Shown here: positions 9,646 through 20,905 of the stretch, piece after piece
Position numbering within the stretch: the stretch's first letter is position 1
How the letters are laid out: every line of letters starts with the position of its first letter
DNA from: Chloroflexota bacterium
Lineage (GTDB): Bacteria > Chloroflexota > Dehalococcoidia > Lucifugimonadales > QGNO01
Reading direction: 5' to 3'
NCBI GenBank assembly: GCA_003228195.2
Contig: QGNO01000006.1
Location: forward strand, 99-64,098
Length of the DNA stretch: 64,000 bases
Translations under genes and position numbers: made by a program
Notes under the pieces: model-generated
Told to the model about the DNA's origin: nothing
The model's input: the letters and a program-made list of their open reading frames with translations, nothing else
Databases searched by the model: none

Positions 9646-12447
9646 ATGACCAGCATTGAACCCTTCAGCGGGCCAAACTCTGCATACCTGATAGAACTGC
9701 ACGAGGCTTATCTGAAAGACCCTCTGTCAATAGACCCAACGGTTAGAGTTTTTTTTGATACTTGGTCACCTTACCTCACTAAAAAGGGTTCCGGGAATCA
9801 CCAAAGTACGTGCACCCCAGAAGTCGATCACCAAAAGCTATTAGACATTTCTGGCTTGGTTGAAAATATACGCGTTAATGGCCATCTCGAATCCAACCTT
9901 GACCCACTCGGACTCCAACCATCTCGAGTTGTCCGCTCCGATTCCCCTCTAAAGCCACCTTCGGAAGCTGAACTAAGGAAGCTGCCAGCAAGTCTGATTA
10001 AAAGCCCTCTTTCCAATACAGACTCGACAGTGCAAGATTTGATTTCTCAGCTCAACAATGTGTACTCCGGAAATATAGGCTACGAATTTGGGCACCTCAG
10101 AAATGGTGACGAACGAAGCTGGCTCGAACATAGCGTTGAGTCTGGGGCCTTCCGCCCGGAAATCGACAACGAGACGAAAGTGGATCTCCTCAAGCGGCTT
10201 AGCCAAGCAGAAGCGTTCGAACACTTTCTTCACAGAAATTTCCCGGGACAAAAATGGTTTTCTATCGAAGGGAACGATGTCCTTGTACCCGCTCTTGACG
10301 AACTACTCGCGCAAGCAGCAGAAACGAATTTAAAATCCCTGCTCATAGGCATGGCACACAGAGGTCGACTTAATGTACTGACGCATCTCTTTGGCAAGCC
10401 TTATGACGCTCTCCTAGCAGAGTTTATGTACGGATACAAGCTCGATGACGGTGGGTCGACAGAGTCCGATCATGGGTCTTCAGGAGATGTAAAATACCAC
10501 CAAGGTGCTGATTCCCAGTACTCAGGGAAATCTGGTAAGATTTCTGTCTCCTTGTTGCCAAATCCAAGTCATCTGGAACTAGTAAACCCAGTTGTGGTCG
10601 GTGCAGTGAGAGCGACACAAGACTTTGATGGAAAAGATGGAGGAGCCCCAACGCCAGCTGTGGATAAGGCAATGGGTATATTGATACATGGGGATGCCGC
10701 CTTCGCTGCAGAAGGAGTGGTCCCAGAAACTCTCAACCTAAGCCAACTGACTGGCTATTCTGTAGGCGGAGTCATTCACATCGTAGCAAACAACCAAATC
10801 GGCTTCACTGCCGAGGCCCACGAGTCGTACTCCACTGTATACTCTACCGATGTTGCAAGGGGCTTCGATATCCCAATCGTCCATGTGAACGCAGACGACG
10901 TGGAGGGATGCATGGGCGTGATGCGGCTAGCCTTTGCTTATAGACAGCGGTTTCACAAAGATTTCCTTGTTGACATTGTTGGCTATCGTCGGTATGGCCA
11001 CAACGAAGGAGACGAGCCCAGTTTTACACAGCCAATAGTCTATCAAAAAATTAATAAGCATCCCACGGTGAGGAGTATCTGGGCCGACAGCTTGATCAAG
11101 GAAGGCCTGCTTACACCTCAAGAAACTAAGGACATGGTCAGAGATACCAATGACCGATTACAAGATGCATTAAACACGGTTCAGGGAATGGAGCGAGAGG
11201 CACCTACGGTACAGCCCGAGCCCATTCTTGAAGAAGACAGGCCAATTTTGCCAACAACCGTTGATGCAGACAAACTGAGAAGCTTGAACGAGGAACTCCA
11301 TGTGATACCAGCCGGTTTTGCGCTTAATCCGAAGCTCGAACGCCCTTTGTTAAGAAGGCGTGAAGCGCTAGAAGAAGGTCGTATCGATTGGGCACAAGCA
11401 GAGGCTCTTTCTTTTGCATCACTACTTTCAGATGGCGTGCCTATTAGAATCACTGGACAAGATACCGAGCGCGGCACTTTTACCCAAAGGCACGCCGTGT
11501 TTCATGATATGGAAAAAGGCTCCAAGTTTACGCCTCTCACATCTCTCCCAAGTTCTCAAGCACCATTTGCTATCTATAATAGCCCTCTGTCAGAAGTCGG
11601 CGTATTGGGATTTGAGTACGGCTACAGCGTACAAGCCAAACACGCTCTTGTTTTATGGGAAGCTCAATTTGGAGACTTTGTGAATAACGCACAGTCAATC
11701 ATAGACGAGTTCCTAGCCAGCGCTAAAACAAAGTGGGGGCAACGCTCTGGCCTAGTGTTGCTTCTTCCTCACGCCTATGAAGGTCAAGGGCCTAATCACT
11801 CTAGCGGGTTTTTGGAGCGTTTCTTGCAATTGGCCACAGAGAGTAGTTTCCGGATAGCCTATTGTTCTAATGCAGCTCAATACTTTCACCTTCTTAGGGA
11901 GCAAGCGGCAATGATCCGAACTGATCCTAAGCCCCTTGTAATCATGACAGCTAAAAGCCTGCTTCGCCACCCTGATGCGTCCGCTACCCTAGAGGAGCTA
12001 TCGAATGGCACTTTTAACCCCGTAATTACTGATGGAAAAGGGATAATTGATCGCGAAGGAGTCAAGCGTGCAATCCTTTGCGCAGGTAAAGTCTACGTTG
12101 ATCTTATAAGTAGCAAAATGTATCCTAAGGCAAAGAATACTACGATCATACGAGTTGAAGAACTCTATCCGTTTCCTACAAAAACTCTGGAAACCATTTT
12201 TTCTTCTTACGCTGCGCTAGAAGAGGTGATATGGTTACAAGAGGAGCCGCAGAACCGTGGTGCATGGTCCTTCGCCGCGCCTAGAGTGCGAGAAATACTC
12301 GCCCCTGGCATCCCGCTTTTCTATATTGGCAGGCCAGCTCGATCAAGCCCAGCGGAAGGATCAGCCACATTACACAAAATAGAACAAGAACGAATAATTC
12401 GAGAGGGCTTCGCCCCTGTTAAGAAGATGGCAATTGTTGCATCTTGA
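9646..12447 (+). CDS. sucA: 2-oxoglutarate dehydrogenase E1 component
   Basis: 933 aa with the typical E1o N-terminus (NSAYLIELHEAYLKDP), ThDP-binding region GDAAFAAEGVV and YGHNEGDEP. Confidence 0.93.
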   Translation: MTSIEPFSGPNSAYLIELHEAYLKDPLSIDPTVRVFFDTWSPYLTKKGSGNHQSTCTPEVDHQKLLDISGLVENIRVNGHLESNLDPLGLQPSRVVRSDSPLKPPSEAELRKLPASLIKSPLSNTDSTVQDLISQLNNVYSGNIGYEFGHLRNGDERSWLEHSVESGAFRPEIDNETKVDLLKRLSQAEAFEHFLHRNFPGQKWFSIEGNDVLVPALDELLAQAAETNLKSLLIGMAHRGRLNVLTHLFGKPYDALLAEFMYGYKLDDGGSTESDHGSSGDVKYHQGADSQYSGKSGKISVSLLPNPSHLELVNPVVVGAVRATQDFDGKDGGAPTPAVDKAMGILIHGDAAFAAEGVVPETLNLSQLTGYSVGGVIHIVANNQIGFTAEAHESYSTVYSTDVARGFDIPIVHVNADDVEGCMGVMRLAFAYRQRFHKDFLVDIVGYRRYGHNEGDEPSFTQPIVYQKINKHPTVRSIWADSLIKEGLLTPQETKDMVRDTNDRLQDALNTVQGMEREAPTVQPEPILEEDRPILPTTVDADKLRSLNEELHVIPAGFALNPKLERPLLRRREALEEGRIDWAQAEALSFASLLSDGVPIRITGQDTERGTFTQRHAVFHDMEKGSKFTPLTSLPSSQAPFAIYNSPLSEVGVLGFEYGYSVQAKHALVLWEAQFGDFVNNAQSIIDEFLASAKTKWGQRSGLVLLLPHAYEGQGPNHSSGFLERFLQLATESSFRIAYCSNAAQYFHLLREQAAMIRTDPKPLVIMTAKSLLRHPDASATLEELSNGTFNPVITDGKGIIDREGVKRAILCAGKVYVDLISSKMYPKAKNTTIIRVEELYPFPTKTLETIFSSYAALEEVIWLQEEPQNRGAWSFAAPRVREILAPGIPLFYIGRPARSSPAEGSATLHKIEQERIIREGFAPVKKMAIVAS

Positions 12448-12455
12448 GGTGATTA

Positions 12456-13673
12456 ATGACGCTTGAAGTTAAAGTTCCAGAAATGGGTGAGTCGATTGTC
12501 GAAGCCACTGTTGGCAAATGGTTGAAACAAGTAGGCGAGACCGTGTCAGTTGACGAGCCAATTGTTGAACTTGAAACCGATAAAGTTAATGTCGAGGTCT
12601 CTGCTTCTCAACCAGGTGTGTTGGAAAAAATCTTAAAAGCTGAAGGCGAGACAGTAACTGTCAGCGATATACTTGGCACGATTACAGATAGTGCTGCTGC
12701 TGACCCACAGCCCGATTTATCGAACGAGGAGTCGACAATAAAAGAAGAACCAGCCTCTGAGGGCGACTCCGAGCGTATTACCCCAGTAGCACGACGAATC
12801 GCTGCCGAACATGGGGTAGATGCCGGGGAAATTACTGCGAGCGGTGCTGGGGGAAAGATAACCAAAGAAGACGTGATGCGCTACCTACAGGAATCTACAA
12901 CGGAGCCACCGGCCAAGATCGAAGAGCAATCCACTACAACATCAATTCCTGGAACTACTTCAAGGCGACCAGCTGAAAGGGAACATCGCGTTACCCTTAC
13001 ACGCTATCAACAAACTATGGCAGCGAGATTGACCGAAGCAGTTCAAACCGCTGCGATGACAACAACTTTCAACGAAGTAGACATGTCTGGAATAATCGAA
13101 ATTCGCCAACGAATGCGAGACACATTCAAGGACCGTCACGGTGTGGCCTTAGGCTTCATGTCCTTCTTCACCAAAGCCGTTGTGGAAGCACTAAAAACTT
13201 TCCCTGTTCTTAACTCTGAAATCCAGGGGGACGAGCTTGTTTTCAAACACTACTACGACATTGGAGTCGCTATAAGCACCGAGGATAGCCTCGTGGTCCC
13301 AGTAGTGCGCGATGCTGACCAAAAGAGCTTCGCTGAAATCGAATCTTCGATTCTCGATCTTGCAACTCGCGCTAGGGAACGCAAGCTAACGATTCAAGAG
13401 CTGCAGGGTGGAACTTTCACCATTACAAACGGAGGAGTATTCGGATCCTTAATGTCTACACCTCTTCTGAATCCTCCGCAAGTGGGAATCTTGGGTATGC
13501 ACGGCTTTAAACCACGACCTGTTGTAATAGACGGGCAGGTCGTGGTTAGGCCAATGATGTATCTAGCGCTAACTTATGATCACCGCATAGTAGATGGAAA
13601 ATCGGCTGTTTCCTGCTTAGTAAGAATTAAGGAACTAGTGGAAGATCCTTCCCGACTCCTCATAGGAACTTAG
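12456..13673 (+). CDS. sucB: dihydrolipoyllysine-residue succinyltransferase (E2o)
   Basis: Lipoyl domain ETDKVNVEV, peripheral subunit-binding domain, and catalytic DHRIVDG motif. Confidence 0.92.
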   Translation: MTLEVKVPEMGESIVEATVGKWLKQVGETVSVDEPIVELETDKVNVEVSASQPGVLEKILKAEGETVTVSDILGTITDSAAADPQPDLSNEESTIKEEPASEGDSERITPVARRIAAEHGVDAGEITASGAGGKITKEDVMRYLQESTTEPPAKIEEQSTTTSIPGTTSRRPAEREHRVTLTRYQQTMAARLTEAVQTAAMTTTFNEVDMSGIIEIRQRMRDTFKDRHGVALGFMSFFTKAVVEALKTFPVLNSEIQGDELVFKHYYDIGVAISTEDSLVVPVVRDADQKSFAEIESSILDLATRARERKLTIQELQGGTFTITNGGVFGSLMSTPLLNPPQVGILGMHGFKPRPVVIDGQVVVRPMMYLALTYDHRIVDGKSAVSCLVRIKELVEDPSRLLIGT

Positions 13674-13696
13674 AATAGGCTCAAAGGACCGCTAGA

Positions 13697-15682
13697 CTAT
13701 TGGTGACCAGAAAGCTCCCTACGAATTTCGACTATTTCATCTCTGAGTAGCGCCGCCTTCTCGAACTCGAAATTCTTCGCCGCTTGTTTCATCTGTGATT
13801 CAAGGCCTTTAACCACACGGAATATTTCATCCTTAGGCATATTTTCCCAAGAAGCTTCCGCCCGCTCACTATAATTGCTCGGTCTAAGCCGATCAGTAAT
13901 GTCCGCAACCGCCTTATGAATTCCCACCGGAGTTATATTGTGAAGTAAATTATGTTCTTTCTGAATTTTCCGACGTCTCTCCGTCTCATCTATCGCCATT
14001 TTCATAGACCTTGTAATTCTATCCGCGTACATTATCACGTGGCCTTCAGAGTGCCGGGCAGCGCGACCCATGGTTTGTATTAACGCAGATTGAGATCGTA
14101 GATATCCTTCTTTATCGGAGTCAAGAATCGCAACAAGGCTGACTTCAGGCAAGTCCAAGCCCTCTCTCAAAAGATTGATTCCAACAACTACATCATAGAT
14201 GCCCAGCCTTAAGTCTCGAAGCCTCTCGCTCCGTTCCAGGGTATCGATTTCAGAGTGTAGATATTGCGTTTTAACATTCATTTCCCTCAGATAATCAGCA
14301 AGCTCCTCTGCCATCCGCTTGGTTAGCGTCGTGACAAGACACCTTTCCGACTTGGCAACTCTTGCATTTATCTCTTGTAGTAAATCATCTATCTGCCCCT
14401 GTGTTGGCTTAACTTGAATCGTCGGGTCAAGTAATCCAGTTGGGCGAATCACCTGCTCTACCAACTGCTCACCCTTCCCAGTCTCATACGGCCCTGGAGT
14501 AGCGGATACATAAATTACTTGCTCAACCTGCCCCTCAAATTCCCCAAAGCTGAGAGGTCGATTGTCTAGGGCGGACGGAAGTCGGTATCCATAATCGACC
14601 AAGGTCTGCTTCCTTGAGTTGTCTCCGCGATACATTCCATTTAGTTGAGGGATGGTCATGTGCGATTCATCAATAAACAGGAGGAAGTCATCAGGAAAAT
14701 AGTCCATTAAGGTCCATGGAGTGCTGCCAGCAGCACGTTGCGCTAGTGGTCTGGAATAGTTCTCAACGCCCGAGCAGTATCCTGTTTCACGCAACATCTC
14801 TAAGTCATAGTTTGTACGAGCCTCTAAGCGTTGAGCCTCGACGAGTTTATCCTGAGATTTCAAGAACATGACCCGTTCTGCCATCTCTTCTTCTATATCC
14901 TTTATCCCCATCAACAGCTTGTCCTCTGGGGTAACAAAGTGTTTTCCAGGATATATATCTATTACATCATCTTCACTCAAAATCTCCCCTGTTAAGGGAT
15001 CTAAAGTTATTATTCTGTCAACTTGTTCACCGAAAAAATCGATCCGGATAGCTGTCTCGTCATAAACAGGAAGAATCTCTATCGTATCGCCCCGCACTCT
15101 GAACTTTCCTCGGGTCAAGTTCAGGTCGTTTCGCTCATATTGCATTTCAACTAATCGCCTTAACAATCTGTGCCTATTTAGACTCTGGCCTTTTTGAATT
15201 GACATTACAAAGCCCTGATACTCATCAGGAGACCCCAAGCCATAGATACAAGAAACAGACGCAACTATTATCGTGTCTCTCCTGCTTAAAATAGCCCTAG
15301 TTGCCGCATGTCTGAGTTTATCAATTTCATCATTTACGTCCGCGTCTTTTTCAATGTAGGTATCTGTACGAGGGATATACGCCTCTGGTTGATAATAATC
15401 GTAGTAGCTCACGAAATATTCAACAGCATTATGTGGGAAAAACCCCTTGAACTCTGTGGCCAATTGCCCAGCCAAAGTTTTGTTATGTGCGATCACTAAC
15501 GCAGGTCGCTGCGCTGCCTCAACCACTTTGGCCATCGTATATGTTTTGCCAGACCCCGTAACACCAAGAAGAACCTGGTGTTTTCTGCCTAGCTCCAAGC
15601 CTTCAACAAGCTTATCTACTGCCTTCGGCTGATCTCCAGAAGGCTCAAAATCAGAAATGACCGTAAACTTTCCTTCTTCCAA
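13697..15682 (-). CDS. uvrB: excinuclease ABC subunit B
   Basis: GVTGSGKT Walker A, DESH box, and C-terminal UVR motif [11 protein letters not shown]; 661 aa. Confidence 0.95.
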   Translation of the reverse strand: MEEGKFTVISDFEPSGDQPKAVDKLVEGLELGRKHQVLLGVTGSGKTYTMAKVVEAAQRPALVIAHNKTLAGQLATEFKGFFPHNAVEYFVSYYDYYQPEAYIPRTDTYIEKDADVNDEIDKLRHAATRAILSRRDTIIVASVSCIYGLGSPDEYQGFVMSIQKGQSLNRHRLLRRLVEMQYERNDLNLTRGKFRVRGDTIEILPVYDETAIRIDFFGEQVDRIITLDPLTGEILSEDDVIDIYPGKHFVTPEDKLLMGIKDIEEEMAERVMFLKSQDKLVEAQRLEARTNYDLEMLRETGYCSGVENYSRPLAQRAAGSTPWTLMDYFPDDFLLFIDESHMTIPQLNGMYRGDNSRKQTLVDYGYRLPSALDNRPLSFGEFEGQVEQVIYVSATPGPYETGKGEQLVEQVIRPTGLLDPTIQVKPTQGQIDDLLQEINARVAKSERCLVTTLTKRMAEELADYLREMNVKTQYLHSEIDTLERSERLRDLRLGIYDVVVGINLLREGLDLPEVSLVAILDSDKEGYLRSQSALIQTMGRAARHSEGHVIMYADRITRSMKMAIDETERRRKIQKEHNLLHNITPVGIHKAVADITDRLRPSNYSERAEASWENMPKDEIFRVVKGLESQMKQAAKNFEFEKAALLRDEIVEIRRELSGHQ

Positions 15683-15725
15683 TTTAAACAGTCCTTTGGT
15701 TCATAATTAAAGCCGCGAGTAAAGT

Positions 15726-17390
15726 TCAAGCGTTTTTCTTTCCATATATTTGCATAGCCGCATCGCGTGACACTATCCCATCACGAACGTCCAATTCCAA
15801 CAAGGAAAGTTCCCTTTCAAAAGGGTTGCCCATCCCCCCACCGCTTGGGAAGTGCAATTCGAGTCTGTCCGAGTCATTTTCTAACGTTAAGTATCCCTGA
15901 GTCAGTGCTTTTGGGTCATCGCTCAAAACTTTTCCGTTCAGTACTACTCTTGTCTTTTTCCCCGATAATCCTCCGAAAACACCACTTGCTGGGAAAGAAA
16001 GTCGGTTGGGATGGAAGTAAATGTTCAGTGGGCCTGGATAATTCGACGACTTCGCAATGGTGACCTTCAGCCCAGGACTCCCTCGATATCTTCCTGCACC
16101 AGCAGAGTCCGTAATAAATTCCTTGGACAAAACCAAGACTGGGCTATTCAGCTCAAACACCTCAACTGGGACGTTTGAAGCACTGCTTGGAAACATGTTG
16201 AGTCCCATTCCATCGCCTGCACTGCCAGCACCTCGACCACCACCGGAGAAAAGATGCGCGTTAAACACCCTGCCGTCCTGGTGAAATCCATAGGTTCTGA
16301 GCCCAGACATAAGCCCATTTCCAGCCTGTATTCTTTCTGGCATTACCTGGGCTAGAGCACCGAATATCGCACCGTGAATGTACCAGCCAGTGTTTAGCCT
16401 TGATCCAACGGATATGGGGAAAGTGCAATTAATTATGGTTCCCTCTGGGGCATATGTGCTGATAGGGGCGAAGCAACCCTCATTCACTGGAACCCCTGGC
16501 GTCAAGAGGCAAGCAAGCGGATACAATGTATGTCCGGTGCTGTAGATTAACGTGCAGTTGAGCCCGCCCCGATCAACCTGAGGAGATGATCCAGTATAAT
16601 CTACCGAGATTTCGTCCCCTACAACCGTAATCTTTACAGCTATCTTGAGCGGAATCCCCATTCCATCAGTGTACACTTCGTTCGTGTAAACACCATCATC
16701 TATCTCTTCAATCGCTTTTCTCATTGCGGATTCCGAACGAGCCCGTATCTGATGGGAAAGAGCCGATAGATCTCCGAGATTGTACTCCTCTATAAGAGCT
16801 ACTACTCGTTTAGAACCTACTTCGTTCGCTGCAACTTGGGCCTCGATGTCAGTCAACACCATCTCGGGCGCCCTAACGTTCCATTTAAACATGTCGAATA
16901 CTAGTTCATTCGGTTTGCCTCTATCATACAGCTTACAAATAGGGAAAAAGATTCCCTCTTCGTAGGAATCGCTTACTCGTTTTTCATCTAAGGAACCACC
17001 TATATCTGAGGTGTTAGCTATATTGCCAACAAATCCCACAAACATATTTCCTTTGAAAATCGGAGTTACCACTGCTATGTCCGGTAGATGGCCTGCACAC
17101 ATCCAAGGATCGTTGGTTAGAAATACATCACCTGGTTTGATCGACTTCTCGGGGTATTTTTTCAAGATTTCCTTAGTGACGTTAGGCATAGTCATGTTGA
17201 ACACAGGCATACTCCGATAAGCATGAGCAATTGAGCGGCCATGCTTATCCATGATTTCACATCCGAAGTCATTGGCCGATGCGATGATGGTTGATACAGC
17301 TGTTCGAAGGATAGTTGTCCACATTTCCTCAGTAACATTCAGCAAGCGGCTCCAAATGATTTCTAACGTAATTGGATCAAATTCCTTCAT
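15726..17390 (-). CDS. hydantoinase B/oxoprolinase family protein
   Basis: N-terminus MKEFDPITLEIIWSRL is typical of the HyuB family. The start is set at this ATG, 19 nt after the hyuA-like stop; the track ORF extends to 17429. Confidence 0.85.
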   Translation of the reverse strand: MKEFDPITLEIIWSRLLNVTEEMWTTILRTAVSTIIASANDFGCEIMDKHGRSIAHAYRSMPVFNMTMPNVTKEILKKYPEKSIKPGDVFLTNDPWMCAGHLPDIAVVTPIFKGNMFVGFVGNIANTSDIGGSLDEKRVSDSYEEGIFFPICKLYDRGKPNELVFDMFKWNVRAPEMVLTDIEAQVAANEVGSKRVVALIEEYNLGDLSALSHQIRARSESAMRKAIEEIDDGVYTNEVYTDGMGIPLKIAVKITVVGDEISVDYTGSSPQVDRGGLNCTLIYSTGHTLYPLACLLTPGVPVNEGCFAPISTYAPEGTIINCTFPISVGSRLNTGWYIHGAIFGALAQVMPERIQAGNGLMSGLRTYGFHQDGRVFNAHLFSGGGRGAGSAGDGMGLNMFPSSASNVPVEVFELNSPVLVLSKEFITDSAGAGRYRGSPGLKVTIAKSSNYPGPLNIYFHPNRLSFPASGVFGGLSGKKTRVVLNGKVLSDDPKALTQGYLTLENDSDRLELHFPSGGGMGNPFERELSLLELDVRDGIVSRDAAMQIYGKKNA

Positions 17391-17409
17391 CCTGTTTTTC
17401 TCCTCTTGG

Positions 17410-19512
17410 CTATCCAATCTTGAAAACAAGGTTCAGCCACCGATCAATTAACACACTATCTCTAGGGCTCATTACAGCAGTGGAATCTTGTTCTTCTATA
17501 ATAGCTGGTCCTTCAATTCTGGAACCTGCGGTCAACTTATAGCGATCATATATTGGACAATCTACATATCCGCCGCTGTCTCTAAAATATGCTTTCCGAG
17601 TTCCCTTTAATGCTCCCGTCAAATCAACGTTGTCAGTTACTGCCTCTTCACGAAGATTAACTATTGGTTCTGGACCACGCGCCAACAAGCGCCAATTTTG
17701 AACCTCAATCGGTATATTCAGGTTTCTACGGCTATAAAATTCCTGATAAATAGCATGGAAGTCCGATTCTATTTGTTCAATATTCGAAGGATTAAGTTCT
17801 CCTGGTGAAACTGGCACGTTTATTTCATGTATTTGACCCTTAAGTCGCATGTCTGCCGATCTTACTAGCTCGACATGTTCCTCCGGAACGCCTGCCTGAT
17901 TCATTAGCTTAAGGCCACTCGCCTCCATATTACGAAAAATATTATTCACATCCTCAGCATTGAAATCCGCAAGCGATCCCGGAAGTGATCGTACATCTTC
18001 TAACGATAGCGGTGCGGTTAAACAGCCAAGCGCCGAAGTTACTCCAGCTGCCAACGGCACAATCACTTCGGTTGCTCCCAATATCCGTGCAACGTCACAG
18101 GCATGAGCAGGACCGGCTCCTCCGAAAGCTATAATCGAATAATTTCTCGGATCCTTATTGCGCCCTATGATGTGGAGTCTGGCTGAAGCGGCCATGTTTT
18201 CTGTAACCACACTGTATATGCCCCAAGCTACCTGAACCTCACTGATCCCTAGCGTTTGTGCTAGTGCCGACACAGCTCTCCTAGCCGCATTGATGTCAAG
18301 CTGCATTTTGCCACCAAGGAAATAGTTAGGATTGAGATATCCAAGTAATAGGTTGGCATCCGTCACTGTGGGGATAGTGCCGCCTAGTCCATAACAAGCA
18401 GGGCCCGGTTTTGCCCCAGCACTATGAGGGCCAACTTTAAGCAGCCCTAGGCTATCTGTCCATGCTATGCTTCCCCCGCCAGACCCTATCTCAATCAGGT
18501 CTAGTACCGGAATCATGATTGGCAAACCACTGCCAACCTTAAAGCGATGAATTCTCGCCACTTCGATACTGTTAGTTATCGCTGGCTTTCCTCCTTCAAT
18601 GACGCATGTCTTAGCTGTTGTGCCTCCCATGTCGATAGAAACCAGGTCCGGCTTGGAAAGCAAGGTTCCATAAAAACTTGCTGCTAGGGCGCCTGCTGCT
18701 GGTCCCGACTCCAGAAGGCGCACCGGTCGCTGGCTGGCAGCATCACTTCCGATTACCCCTCCGGCTGAATGCATAACCAGTAGCTCCCCTGTGTAACCTA
18801 AGCCTGAAAGTCTGTCTCTTACGCCCGCAAGATACTTAGATACACTCGGCTTTATATAACAGTCCGCAATTGTTGTTGAAGTACGCTCATACTCATTGAT
18901 TACTGGTGCCACCTCAGAGGATATGGAGACGGTTACATCTGGAAAGTGATTTTCTATAACTGCCTTTAGAGCTTCTTCGTTGGCCGGATTCTTATAGGCA
19001 TGCATGAGCGCAATCGCTAGAGCCTCAGCACCTTCGTCCAAAAGCCCGTCAACTAATTTTACAGCGTCATCTTCAGCTACCCTTTCCAGTATTAGTCCGT
19101 TGCTATCTGTCCGCTCTCGAATCCCTTGTCGTAGGTATCTAGGGGCAAGTGGCTCCGGATACCGTGCCTGCAAATCGTACATATCATAAATCTGTTCTCT
19201 ACGAAGCTCTAGAATGTCTCTGAATCCATCTGTAGTTATCAAACCCGTCTTGGCCCCCTTGCGTTCAATTATCGCGTTGGTTGCCAACGTAGTACTGTGC
19301 ACAACTAATCTCAGCTCGTTGTAGCCCACACCGATTCGTTCAAGTAACTCGGAGGCTCCACTTATTAGAGCTTCCTCTGGCTGATCCGCATCGGTTAGCA
19401 CCTTATTCACCGATACCTTGCCAGTATTTAAGTCAAGTAGAGAGAAGTCGGTGAAGGTTCCGCCTATATCCACACTGAGAATATGCTTGAATTCACCAGT
19501 CCGATTTATCAT
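17410..19512 (-). CDS. hydantoinase/oxoprolinase A family protein
   Basis: ILSVDIGGTFTDF N-terminus plus an ASKHA-fold second ATPase motif (SIDMGGTT); 700 aa. Confidence 0.87.
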   Translation of the reverse strand: MINRTGEFKHILSVDIGGTFTDFSLLDLNTGKVSVNKVLTDADQPEEALISGASELLERIGVGYNELRLVVHSTTLATNAIIERKGAKTGLITTDGFRDILELRREQIYDMYDLQARYPEPLAPRYLRQGIRERTDSNGLILERVAEDDAVKLVDGLLDEGAEALAIALMHAYKNPANEEALKAVIENHFPDVTVSISSEVAPVINEYERTSTTIADCYIKPSVSKYLAGVRDRLSGLGYTGELLVMHSAGGVIGSDAASQRPVRLLESGPAAGALAASFYGTLLSKPDLVSIDMGGTTAKTCVIEGGKPAITNSIEVARIHRFKVGSGLPIMIPVLDLIEIGSGGGSIAWTDSLGLLKVGPHSAGAKPGPACYGLGGTIPTVTDANLLLGYLNPNYFLGGKMQLDINAARRAVSALAQTLGISEVQVAWGIYSVVTENMAASARLHIIGRNKDPRNYSIIAFGGAGPAHACDVARILGATEVIVPLAAGVTSALGCLTAPLSLEDVRSLPGSLADFNAEDVNNIFRNMEASGLKLMNQAGVPEEHVELVRSADMRLKGQIHEINVPVSPGELNPSNIEQIESDFHAIYQEFYSRRNLNIPIEVQNWRLLARGPEPIVNLREEAVTDNVDLTGALKGTRKAYFRDSGGYVDCPIYDRYKLTAGSRIEGPAIIEEQDSTAVMSPRDSVLIDRWLNLVFKIG

Positions 19513-19538
19513 GAATCCTCCTCAACGGCCTGATATTA

Positions 19539-20315
19539 TCACGCGCTAGGCTCAATAGGAGTAACGACCCATATCATCTCTTCACTAGTTTCACTAAGAG
19601 GCTCCCTTTGGAAATTTCCAAACGTTTCCAAAATTCTGTACCCTGCGTTCTTTAGCAAGCTTTGAATCTCCCTTTGATACGTGTAGCGAAGTGCGTATGA
19701 CACTTCTGATCTTTTCTGAGTCGTGCCACCCTCCCCATACTCTTTCAAAACGTTTTTCACATATATTATCTGGTTATACTCATCATGCTGACTTTTTTCT
19801 TCTAGCTCTATTTTTGGCGTTTTTCCTAGGCAGGTCGCTTCATTCCCAGAGAGGCTGAATGTTTTCTGTTTCTCCAAGCACCCTGCTTTCGGCACGAATA
19901 GGTTAAAGATCAAGCGTCCTCCTGGTTCCAAGTGTTTTTTGATACAAGCAAGCGCCCTACGCTGATCTTCAACGGACAGGAGTAGTTGAAACGACCTAAA
20001 TGGGATAATCGCCAAATTGAATTGCCGCTCTAGATTAAAATCACGCATGTCTCCCTTCACTAAATGCAGGGTCTTCGTGCGAGGGCTTAACTTCTTTGCC
20101 TTCGACCTAGCCTGAGCGAGCATAACAGTCGAGTTGTCCAGGCCAGTGATCGTAACGCCTGCCTGCGAAACTGGTATCGTCACCCGTCCAGTGCCACATC
20201 CCAATTCTAAGACTGGGCCAGTCGCCATTTCGGCCTCAGAAATCCAAAATGGGACGTCTTCCTGAAGCGCGTGGACTTTGTCATAAAGTTGGCCCCAGGC
20301 ATCTCCATAGGTCAT
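19539..20315 (-). CDS. class I SAM-dependent methyltransferase
   Basis: Motif I VLELGCGTGRVT. The start is set at MTYGDAWGQ (20315). The longer track ORF overlaps ruvA and is Trp/Arg-rich junk. Confidence 0.75.
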   Translation of the reverse strand: MTYGDAWGQLYDKVHALQEDVPFWISEAEMATGPVLELGCGTGRVTIPVSQAGVTITGLDNSTVMLAQARSKAKKLSPRTKTLHLVKGDMRDFNLERQFNLAIIPFRSFQLLLSVEDQRRALACIKKHLEPGGRLIFNLFVPKAGCLEKQKTFSLSGNEATCLGKTPKIELEEKSQHDEYNQIIYVKNVLKEYGEGGTTQKRSEVSYALRYTYQREIQSLLKNAGYRILETFGNFQREPLSETSEEMIWVVTPIEPSA

Positions 20316-20323
20316 CACCAGCT

Positions 20324-20905
20324 CTATTCCCTGACTAGTGACTGAAGGGCCTGCCTCAACTGCTCTTCTAGTGAGCTGTTTTCGACGCCACCAACTCCAG
20401 CCACCGCTTCTTGGACTTCTGCCCGAGAGTAACCTAGTGCCTGGAGAGCTGCTATCAAATCTCCATGGGCGGCCCCAACCCCAGAGGGAGAAGCTTCCCA
20501 ATCTTTTTGCAATTTGCTCTGAAGGTCGACGACTATCCTACCAGCCGTCCGTGCCCCAATGCCTTTCACTCCTGACAATCTATCTAGATCGCCGGAAACT
20601 ATAGCCATTGCTGCTTCATCGGGCGACATGGCATCTAGCATGTCGAGCGAAAGCCTGGGGCCCACACCGCTAACGTCCTGAAGGAGGTCAAAAAGCCGTT
20701 TCCCTTCAGCTGTAGGAAAGCCATACAAAATGGGGACGTCATCTCTTATTAACAATGTAGTGTGTAATGTCAACAGATCGCCTTCGGCACCAGTTCCAAC
20801 GATGGTAGACTGTGCAACATTGACCCTCAGGCCTATTCCTGAAACCTGAATCACGACGTAGTTATCACCAACAGAAGAAAGGGTTCCCGAGATGGAGTTA
20901 ATCAT
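20324..20905 (-). CDS. ruvA: Holliday junction branch migration protein RuvA
   Basis: MINSISGTL..., HhH motifs (LQDVSGVGPRLSL, LSGVKGIGARTAGRI) and a C-terminal domain III. Confidence 0.9.
   Translation of the reverse strand: MINSISGTLSSVGDNYVVIQVSGIGLRVNVAQSTIVGTGAEGDLLTLHTTLLIRDDVPILYGFPTAEGKRLFDLLQDVSGVGPRLSLDMLDAMSPDEAAMAIVSGDLDRLSGVKGIGARTAGRIVVDLQSKLQKDWEASPSGVGAAHGDLIAALQALGYSRAEVQEAVAGVGGVENSSLEEQLRQALQSLVRE

Noticed and set aside
10659-10667. Perfect DnaA box TGTGGATAA.
   Set aside because: It is a single occurrence inside the sucA coding sequence, 29 kb from dnaA. About 0.5 such hits are expected by chance in 64 kb on both strands.
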